The notes beneath the pieces were generated by a model. The model searched no databases. It had not been told where the DNA came from and saw only the letters and a program-made list of their open reading frames with translations. From Octopus sinensis (Eukaryota), in the NCBI RefSeq assembly GCF_006345805.1, contig NW_021828856.1, positions 1 to 7,522 on the forward strand: 7,522 nt of DNA. The letters run 5' to 3'. The translations under genes were made by a program, and so were the position numbers. Numbering within the stretch: position 1 is the stretch's first letter; each line of letters begins with the position of its first letter. Positions 1-7,265 of the stretch are shown here, piece after piece.

Positions 1-247
1 ACTTGAATTTAAAGTTCCTTTGCCAACGTAACGTGGCAGTCCAGGATAGGTCTATGTTACTACATTTTAACACCAGGAAAACATCTTTTCCAGCTAGTTT
101 ACCGGTACATATATATATTTCCATGTTGCTTTGCTTTTCTGTGTTCTTTCTGACCACCAAACAGAAAATAGACTCAAGCTGCGTTTACTTCAAATTTTTA
201 TTAACATTTGTTAAGATGAAATTCATCATCGAAACCAGTAATATTTT

Positions 248-549
248 TACCAGACCATCAGATGTTGCTACACATCGCTGGTCACAATGCGAACGCATTG
301 TTTTTAGCCCTCGAATGACGACACCCCGCTGGCTAAGCGAGCAGGCCATCAGAAGAAAGAGTGAGAGAAAGAGTGGTGAATGAGTACAGTAGGGATCACC
401 ACCCCCTGCCGGAGCCTCGTGGAGCTTTTAGGTTTTAGGGTGTTTCGCTCAATAAACACACACACAACGCCGTTCTGGGAATCGAAAACCGCGATCCTAC
501 GACCGCGAGTCCGCTGCCCTAACCAACTGGGTCATTCATTGCCCTCCAC
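248..549 (-). mobile_element. tRNA-derived SINE (octopus-type), close to full length
   Basis: Minus strand begins GTGGAGGGCAATGAATGACCCAGTTGGTTAGGGCAGCGGACTCGCGGTCGTAGGATCGCGGTTTTCGATTCCC. It has an A-box-like segment (~516-531) and a B-box-like GGTTTTCGATTCCC (477-490), followed by a GC-rich body. Matches an octopus SINE consensus as I recall it; not database-checked. Confidence 0.85.
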
Positions 550-746
550 ATTTTCTATATATATAATTTAAAATCATTTTATTAAAGGCTTTCTAAATTG
601 AAATGTCTGAGATTTACTTCTGTGCTGTTTCAACCCCCATCCTATTTCTATAAAACTTTGATTTATGTAGATCTCTGATCTTTTTTCAACGATGTATGCT
701 TATATATATTTTCACTTTGTTTTACATTTATGTGTGCTTACTCTTG

Positions 747-783
747 TATATATATACATATACATATATATATATATTATATT
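747..783. repeat. (TA)n microsatellite with TACA interruptions
   Basis: Directly visible in the sequence. Confidence 0.95.
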
Positions 784-1011
784 AAATTAGAGATAAAACC
801 ACTATTAGGCAAATCATACAATGAAAAACTTAAGCCAATACATAAGATTAATTAATTTATATTATTTTAAATATATATCAAAATTATTAAAAAAAGATAT
901 TGAGTATAACACTACGATCGTTTCATGGCTGTCCAATTCGTAAAAATTCGAGTTACAGTCAATCTTCAGGTGATTTAAATATTTGCGAGGTTTAGCAATG
1001 AACTAATAATT
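784..1011 (-). mobile_element. Probable Penelope-like element (PLE) terminal-repeat remnant or non-autonomous derivative carrying a hammerhead motif
   Basis: A ~230-bp block between two (TA)n arrays that contains a minimal type I hammerhead, a motif class known from PLE pseudo-LTRs. No RT or GIY-YIG coding sequence is visible, so the PLE assignment and the boundaries are inferred. Confidence 0.45.
905..978 (-). ncRNA. Minimal type I hammerhead ribozyme motif
   Basis: Minus strand reads AAATCAC-CTGAAGA-T-TGACTGT-AACTCG-AATTTTTA-CGAATT-GG-ACAGCCA-T-GAAAC-GATC-GTA-GTGTTATA. Core CUGAAGA at 969-963 and GAAA at 924-921. Stem II TGACTGT/ACAGCCA pairs 6 of 7 and is extended by AACTCG/CGAATT (5 of 6). 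Stem III is AC/GU with a palindromic GAUC loop. Cleavage triplet GUA at 915-913. Stem I is CAC/GUG (972-970 with 912-910). Confidence 0.7.
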
Positions 1012-1049
1012 TATATATAATATATATATATATATATATAATATATATA
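1012..1049. repeat. (TA)n microsatellite
   Basis: Directly visible in the sequence. Confidence 0.95.
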
Positions 1050-1196
1050 AACACGAATAACCACTTAAATGCAAAGCAATGTGGAATACATACATAATAC
1101 ATACATGAATCTTTACATTTTAATATGCTAGACCACTGGGTTTAAATTGATATTAATCAAATTAGCATTCAATTTTTACCCTTGTCATTTAAATTA

Positions 1197-1296
1197 ATAT
1201 ATATACATACGTACATACATACATACTTATATATATTATATATATATATTATATATATAGATATATATATATATACATGCATATATATATATAATA
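1197..1296. repeat. Compound (TA)n/(TACA)n microsatellite
   Basis: Directly visible in the sequence. Confidence 0.95.
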
Positions 1297-1504
1297 TCCA
1301 TGTCTCGGCGTATATTCACCTTTTGTCCAAAGTAAACATATTCCTACGCTTCCTCTATTTCAACGTCCCCAACTGCTGTTCGGCATATCGCCTGTGCAAA
1401 CCAAGTTCATGCTGTCCATTTAAGACCTATTTCCGAGCTTCTGATATCCAACTCTGCCAGTATGTCATCTCGACAATGAGCACGATGTCGTCAGAGAAAC
1501 GTAG
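1297..1504 (-). mobile_element. Decayed RTE-clade LINE reverse-transcriptase fragment (inverted 5' piece)
   Basis: Manual minus-strand translation with frameshifts: LRFSDDIVLIVE / LAELDIRSSEIGLK / ...GDVEIEEA*EYVYFGQKVNIRRDMD. This includes the F(A)DD catalytic motif (1498-1487) and the downstream YxYLG motif typical of RTE reverse transcriptases. Confidence 0.85.
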
Positions 1505-1612
1505 AGAAGGAAATCTCGCTGAGACTAAGAGCCGGATGGAAAGCGATCAACTCCGTCAAAAATATGCTCAAGGAAAAGCTGGATGAGAACCACTCATACC
1601 AATCTCTTCAAT
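1504..1612 (+). mobile_element. Decayed RTE-clade LINE fragment (continuation just C-terminal of the RT core)
   Basis: Plus frame from 1504 reads EKEISLRLRAGWKAINSVKNMLKEKLDE, then after a +1 shift TTHTNLFN. This resembles the RTE motif EIxxRIxxGWxAF...L...RxxLFN that follows YxYLG. Confidence 0.85.
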
Positions 1613-1785
1613 GGGACTCACCGGCGATTGCCCAGCCTAATAAGTTTGCACAGCAACTCACGCATCCCCTCCACCCTACTTACATGATCTAAAGCTCAGC
1701 AAAAGGCAGGCATGGTCTGTCACATATTGTGCAGAGAAAAAGTTTGTTGTGATTCATTTCCTCATTGACCGTAGTATTTTTCTTG

Positions 1786-1787
<2 letters not shown>
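1613..1787 (-). mobile_element. Possible 3' end of a second RTE (BovB-like) LINE: C-terminal C2H2-type zinc finger plus 3' UTR
   Basis: Minus frame from 1787 reads AKKNTTVNEEMNHNKLFLCTICDRPCLPFAEL*, then after a 1-nt deletion H-V-S. This restores C-x2-C-x12-H spacing, as in the finger ending many RTE ORFs. Short and degenerate. Confidence 0.5.
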
Positions 1788-1837
<50 letters not shown>

Positions 1838-1838
1838 G
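1787..1838. repeat. (CA)n followed by (TA)n microsatellite
   Basis: Directly visible in the sequence. Confidence 0.95.
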
Positions 1839-1972
1839 TACACGGGGGTTGCTGAAGACTTTGGATAAAAGAAAATGCAGCAGGATTAATCAATTCTGAT
1901 TTTATTCAATATATTCCCCTCTCAGATCCACACACCCATTGCTGTGACCCTTCAGTTTTTCTAACCCTTGTA
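1839..1972 (+). mobile_element. Partial Tc1/mariner-derived MITE (left TIR plus internal part)
   Basis: TA followed by CACGGGGGTTGCTGAAG resembles mariner-type termini (TA-CGAGGGG..GCTGAAAAGT). The internal sequence (GATTTTATTCAATATATTCCCCTCTCAGAT...CCTTCAGTTTTTCTAA) matches an octopus MITE as recalled. No right TIR is present. Confidence 0.55.
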
Positions 1973-1986
1973 TTAACTGTATTTTC

Positions 1987-1994
1987 ATACATAC

Positions 1995-2053
<59 letters not shown>

Positions 2054-2106
2054 ATATATATACTCATACATACATACACACACTCACATACACACACACA
2101 TATATA
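1987..2106. repeat. Long (TA)n array with TACA/CA flanks
   Basis: Directly visible; source of spurious ORF 1906-2097. Confidence 0.95.
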
Positions 2107-2108
2107 AA

Positions 2109-2312
2109 AACTTAGATAACACTTAGATATGTTTCAACAAATGATTGATCCATGTCTGACTTAATAGCACCACCTGATAGGATTATCTGAATCCCTTTTA
2201 AGTCAAGTTGTGTTTATGGTCCATTCAAGTAGTGAGTTCTTGTTGAGCGAGGTGTATCCGGGTATGGGTGGCGTATCTGGTATTCCTTGAAGAAATCTGT
2301 CCAGACTCCGTT
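2109..2312 (-). mobile_element. 3' end of a CR1-group LINE (ORF2 C-terminus, 3' UTR, short-repeat tail)
   Basis: Minus frame 2310-2203 reads RSLDRFLQGIPDTPPIPGYTSLNKNSLLEWTINTT*, resembling the FKxxLDxFLxxIPDxP...NSL terminus of CR1-like ORF2. The UTR ends in two ATCTAAGT units (plus strand ACTTAGAT at 2110-2117 and 2121-2128). Confidence 0.7.
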
Positions 2313-2457
2313 ATATATAATTAAGATTCAGCTGGATTAAATACTTAAGCTGAAGCACCAAATCTGTCGGGTATTATCCGCACAGCTCGAATTAAGGTGA
2401 ATGAAATCAAAATAAACAACATGACATCATTTAGTAATACTTGATATCCTATTGCTC

Positions 2458-2467
2458 ATATATAGAA

Positions 2468-2508
<41 letters not shown>

Positions 2509-2590
2509 TTATATATATATATATATATATAGATATATATATATAATATATATATATATATATCCATATATATACCATAATATATATATC

Positions 2591-2626
<36 letters not shown>

Positions 2627-2660
2627 TATATATATATATCTACATACATACATATACATT
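2458..2660. repeat. ~200-bp interrupted (TA)n array ending in TACA units
   Basis: Directly visible; source of the Y/I-rich spurious ORFs. Confidence 0.95.
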
Positions 2661-3367
2661 TGCATATTTGTAGAACAAAAATATTTGATAACTGAAGAAA
2701 ACATTGACCGTTGACGGAGCTGAGAAATAAATGTGCTAATGGGTGAAAATGTCACAGTGACTGAAAAGATTTACTGTGCTGAGAGAAATAAATCGAATAT
2801 ATTTGCCGTCAACTTAGTATCGGCATCAGGCTATATAATAGTTATAGTCAGTTTTGAGTAACACTCAAAGCTTATGTAAAGAAGCCGTTTCGCATTAAGA
2901 TGGAAAGCGTTATAGGATATGCGATGCTGTCCTGAAAAAATCGACCAAGGTTTATAATCAAATATAGGGCGGGGTGGAAATTTGGTTATGAGCTGTGATA
3001 CAGCAAAACTATGGATAAGACATCAATAAGTTCCCACATATCTGTCAGCTGAACAGGGAATACACTTCTTGGAAAGAGATTATAGATAATTAGATTAACT
3101 GACCATCCAAAAATTTTCGTTCGCCTGATGTTTCTTGTAACGTAGGTGGCCGAATCGATAGAATCGTTTACTTGTATCAGGTTATGATAGAAGTGCTCTA
3201 CAGTTCCTAGATTTACAACTATTGTAACTGACGTCGGTACTCACAATGGACAGAATTTAAAGCTGAAATAGCCATCTGTGTTCAATATCCAACATATATA
3301 CACTACTGAAATGAACAATACTTGGTTTCTTATTTGCGAAAATAAGTTGAGACATATTTAAAACATA

Positions 3368-3369
<2 letters not shown>

Positions 3370-3402
<33 letters not shown>

Positions 3403-3543
3403 ATATATATATATATATATATATATATACATGCACATATATGTGCGTATGTATATTCATAAATATACACACACATACACACATGCATACATACCTATAT
3501 ACATATATATATTATATATATATATACATGCATACATACATAG

Positions 3544-3593
<50 letters not shown>

Positions 3594-3674
3594 ATATATA
3601 TATATACATACATACATACATACATACATACAATACATACATACATACATACATACATACATACATACATACAT
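3370..3674. repeat. ~300-bp compound microsatellite (CA)n-(TA)n-(TACA)n
   Basis: Directly visible in the sequence. Confidence 0.95.
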
Positions 3675-3982
3675 CGAAGCTCAAAGTGAGACAGCATAAG
3701 AGTGACTCGCAAAAACGTCAGAGATATTTTGACCTTCTGGAACATGTCAATGACCTGTATTATGTTGTTACATACATAGAAGAAATTAGATATGTGTTAA
3801 GTATGACACACAGATGGTCAGCTATTTTTAATCCTCTTTACGAACGCATTCACCGACTTCGTACTCAACCCGTCAATCTTCCCGCAATATTTCTGCATGC
3901 ATTATTCACCGTTTCCTTATCTGTCGAGTGTGGGGTCAAATTTCGTCTAAGCATCTGATATGCGAGTATACGGCATTGACAG

Positions 3983-4040
3983 TATCCCAGCATTGCTGCC
4001 CTGCAATGACTGAAACAGAATAAACGAATAAAAGAATATA
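3983..4040 (+). mobile_element. Old, diverged SINE 3' tail
   Basis: CCCAGCATTGCTGCCCTGCAATGACTGAAACAGAATAAACGAATAAAAGAATA aligns to the tail of the younger copy at 4393-4445 (CCATCATGGCCGCAGTCAAATGACTGAAACAAGTAAAAGAGTAAAAGAATA). Weak similarity may extend back to ~3931. Confidence 0.6.
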
Positions 4041-4160
4041 TTACCATCCGGGTTCAGTCCCACTGCGTGGCATCTTGGGCAAGTGTCTTCTGCTATAGCC
4101 TCGGGCCGACCAATGCCTTGTGAGTGGATTTGGTAGACAGAAACTGAAAGAAGCCTGTCG

Positions 4161-4200
<40 letters not shown>

Positions 4201-4452
4201 GTGTGTGGTGTGTGGTGTGTGTTATATTTTGTGTGTCTGTGTTTGTCCCCCCTCCCCACCATCGCTTGACAACCGATGCTGGTGTGTTTACGTCCCCGTC
4301 ACTTAGAGGTTCGGCAAAAAGAGACCGATAGAATAAGTACTGGGCTTACAAAGAATAAGTCCCGGGGTCGATTTGCTCGACTAAAGGTGGTGCTCCATCA
4401 TGGCCGCAGTCAAATGACTGAAACAAGTAAAAGAGTAAAAGAATATATTACC
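4029..4452 (+). repeat. 17-bp direct repeat (target-site duplication) flanking the SINE
   Basis: TAAAAGAATATATTACC occurs identically at 4029-4045 and 4436-4452. Confidence 0.85.
4046..4445 (+). mobile_element. tRNA-derived SINE family A, 5'-truncated at the B box, with internal (TA)/(TG) microsatellite
   Basis: B-box-like GGTTCAGTCC at 4051-4060, central GCCTTGTGAGTGGATTTGGTAGAC block, internal microsatellite ~4160-4240, and a (GTAAAAGA)-type tail. A second copy lies at 5279-5583. Confidence 0.9.
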
Positions 4453-5278
4453 GTACAGTATCACCATTATGCCTTCATGACGATTCTGTGTTATAATGTA
4501 TCACTTGGTTTTTTTACCTTTAACATGACAACGTTTCACAGATGTAAATTAACATTTTAAGTCTGATGGCAATATGCTGTGTCAGTTTCATCAACAATGA
4601 TTGTATAACGCTGATAGAAATAAGCTAGAATCGGTTAAAAATATGGTTATTTCCCCCTTATCCCCATTAGATTTCGACTATCATTTGTTTTAGTTTTCAT
4701 GACGTATAACAGTTTAAAAAGATATGTTCTTAATCACTGCTATTTTGCGTTGTAAGAACAAAAAGCATTAATATGGGCAGAATTATCGTGGATTTGAAAA
4801 CGTATTCATACATCTCATGTTGTTTTCATCACTAAACAGATTAAAACTGCTATCAGAATTAAAAGACGGCAATTTTTTCTTTTTAATTCGAATTCTGATT
4901 CTAACAAAATAAATATCGTGGGTTGTTGTTTGTTTATGCTTAATTTATTTTAAATCCTTACTTAAATAAATCTTGAAGTGAAATAAACTAAGGAAAATTA
5001 GATATTGAGTATTCCAAAAACAGACGATAATATGAAATGATAAAATGAAGAGATAAGTATTAGTTAAAATCAATAGAGCTGGCATGATTAATGAATTTAT
5101 TGCTGTATGAAAAGAACACAAACAAAATGTTTAACCGTCTCTCGGTGAACAGCTGAAGACGTGTTGAAAATTTTTCTTTTGGCTAAAAATTTGATTTAAA
5201 ACTTAGTAAATGACTGATGTGTTGCGGTAGAATATGTAATAGACTTTTAGACAACAATATTTATTTGTAACGTATTGC

Positions 5279-5583
5279 CTTTTACTCTTTTATTCTTTTA
5301 CTTGTTTCAGTCATTTGACTGCGGCCATGCTGGAGCACCGCCTTTAGTCGAGCAAATCGACCCCGGGACTTATTCTTTGTAAGCCCAGTACTTATTCTAT
5401 CGGTCTCTTTTGCCGAACCGCTAAGTGACGGGGACGTAAACACACCAGCATCGGTTGTCAAGCAATACTAGGGAAACAAACACAGACACACAAACACACA
5501 CACACATATATATATATACATATATACGACAGGCTTCTTTCAGTTTCCGTCTACCAAATCCACTCACAAGGCATTGGTCGGCC
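5279..5583 (-). mobile_element. SINE family A, second copy, 5'-truncated, inverted relative to 4046-4445
   Basis: Its reverse complement matches 4104-4445 with about 5 differences outside the central microsatellite and C-rich segment (manual count). Confidence 0.9.
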
Positions 5584-5764
5584 GGCAGTTACGTTCTGAG
5601 TTTAAATTCCGCCGAGGTCGACTTTGCCTTTCAGCCTTTCGGGGTCGAAAAATTAAGTACCAGTTACGCACTTGGGTCGATGTAATCGACTTAATCCGTT
5701 TGTCTGTCCTTGTTTGTCCCCCTCTGTGTTCAGCCCCTTGTGGGTAGTAAAGAAATAGGTATTT
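5584..5764 (+). mobile_element. SINE family B (Nin/Deu-domain-like), 5'-truncated
   Basis: B-box remnant GAGTTTAAATTCC (5598-5610), then AGGTCGACTTTGCCTTTCAGCCTTTCGGGGTCGAAAAATTAAGTACCAG, which resembles the Deu/Nin core as recalled (GGTTGACTCAGCCTTCCATCCTTCCGAGGTCGGTAAAATGAGTACC). Ends at AAAGAAATAGGTATTT. Confidence 0.8.
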
Positions 5765-6818
5765 CATCAGCAACCGAGTACCCTTCCTTTGTAACTACCT
5801 ATACAGATACTATTTACCAACTTACACTCGCGAAGGACATTAGTTGGATATAAAACAGATTGTTAGCGCATAGTTCGATTAATAAATTACCATCACGTTA
5901 AAAATATTTTGGTTCAATCCTAAATTGTATGTAACTGCAGACTTCGAAACAATTTTATTTGTATAGCAAAGCGTAAACAATATTTTTGTCTTGCTTTCTG
6001 TCCACAAATATATTATAAAATATAGAAGCAGAACGTCCACAACTTGCTGTACGAGCATTGTTGGTTAAACATTTATTGATACATTTTATAGAACCGTAAT
6101 TTACTTGAAATTTAGTAGAATAAATAACAGAATGAAAATAAATAGAAATTTACATATTCTCCGTGTCTATATTTATTCGACTGCAATCAATTTTTAAAAC
6201 TACATATTATGTGAGAAATATAATATTACTTTAGTCTATTGCACAACTCGCGCTGACTGTAAATAGTTTCTTTTCAGTATCATGGCTTTAACACTGAAGC
6301 GCAATATTTTCCCAAGCAAGAGTATAACGAATTGTATCATCAATATATTTCATTCAGTAACCAAGGGGAGATGAAATACAATTTTTACTATTGTGCGAAC
6401 TGTCATTGAAAATGTTAAACCTCAGTATTAAAGCCATTATGTTCAAAGGAAACCATTAGATTCGGTGGGCAAAGTTCCATAAACTAAGGGAACGTTATAT
6501 CTCGCACGCAATATGTGGTTGTAAAAAATTATTTCAGTTGAACTTCTACGGAAATGCCGAATATAAAAATTTCCATATTTTTTTCTTCCTTTGAAATTCT
6601 AAGTTTCAATTATACTAATTTTTTAACTCAAACACTCAACTATATTTAAATAATTCGACATTTTTTCCTCTTTCAGTTGTTCACTACGAGACAGGAAGAA
6701 ACTTTCTAAATAGATTTATTCATAGATCAACCTCTTCATTACTTCTAACATATCTATAGAAAAAAACTGTAAAAATTTTCGGCACTCCGGTCTTTCTGTC
6801 AATTTGTGTGCATATGAT

Positions 6819-6885
6819 TGTGTGTATACATATATATGTATATGTGTGGCGTGTGTGTTTGTATGTATGCATGTATGTATGTATG

Positions 6886-6915
<30 letters not shown>
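6819..6915. repeat. (TG)/(TA) to (TATG)n microsatellite
   Basis: Directly visible; pure (TATG)n from ~6872 to 6914. Confidence 0.95.
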
Positions 6916-6916
<1 letters not shown>

Positions 6917-7168
6917 TACAAGTTCTTGTTACTGTTTCACAGCAGACCAGAATACAATGAATAATTTATAAAGTTTCCGAAAAAAAATAATGAACGTCCA
7001 AAACGGAAAACAATAGAAATATATATTTCATGACTTGATTTTTAACACTTACAAAAAAAAAAACAAAACAAAAAAACTTATTGACTTTTTAATAATCGCA
7101 CTCATCGTGTTTTGGTTACCATGATCTTCATACTAATTTACTGGAAGTAATATATTGCAAGTACTTAC

Positions 7169-7265
7169 GCGATGCAAGTTCCTCTACGTTTCCCCGACAG
7201 ATGTCTGTTATGTAGTTTCAAACAATTCAAGTCAATTATCGTCGGAAATTTTAAACCGGAAGATA
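7169..7265 (-). CDS. Candidate internal coding exon (97 nt, phase 1 to phase 2) of an unidentified host gene
   Basis: Minus strand: pyrimidine-rich CTTGTGTTTTCATTTAACTCAG acceptor, exon, then GC|GTAAGTA donor. Only one frame is open: xSSGLKFPTIIDLNCLKLHNRHLSGKRRGTCI(A). GC is 38/97 (39%), above the AT-rich flanks. The protein is not recognised. An alternative in-frame acceptor lies at 7301/7300. Confidence 0.45.

Noticed and set aside
284-301. Palindrome ACAATGCG-AA-CGCATTGT
   Set aside because: Part of the SINE 3' region, not an independent terminator or operator.
477-549. Possible tRNA gene
   Set aside because: It has A/B boxes but no complete cloverleaf and continues into a SINE body, so it is a SINE head.
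3-571. ORFs 3-383 and 380-571
   Set aside because: They run antisense through the SINE, show no recognisable domain, and the first is open only from a non-ATG start at the window edge.
1182-1586. 134-aa ORF
   Set aside because: A chance fusion of microsatellite, antisense RT and an off-frame RTE piece; the meaningful frames are different and disrupted.
1906-3958. Y/I/H/T/C/V-rich ORFs (1906-2097, 2441-2695, 2456-2755, 3257-3484, 3431-3958, 3441-3689, 3512-3745)
   Set aside because: Translations of stop-free (TA)n, (CA)n and (TACA)n arrays.
4520-4595. Second hammerhead-like match (minus strand TTGATGA...GAAAC-GTT-GTC); similar partial matches at ~3228-3278 and ~5935-5965
   Set aside because: Each has a core mismatch and no convincing stem I or stem II.
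3865-5773. ORFs 3865-4047, 4276-4560, 5455-5685 and 5564-5773
   Set aside because: They overlap SINE bodies or tails and have no coding signature.
5960-6103. Minus-strand AG acceptor followed by ~49 open codons (NYGSIKCINKCLTNNARTASCGRS...)
   Set aside because: No good donor, phase incompatible with the 7169 donor, and no recognisable homology.
6278-6409. Plus-strand acceptor followed by 43 open codons (YHGFNTEAQYFPKQEY...)
   Set aside because: Only a weak donor, AT-rich composition, and no recognisable protein.
6661-6760. Strong plus-strand acceptor TTTTTTCCTCTTTCAG at 6676
   Set aside because: No donor, and all three frames close within about 27 codons.
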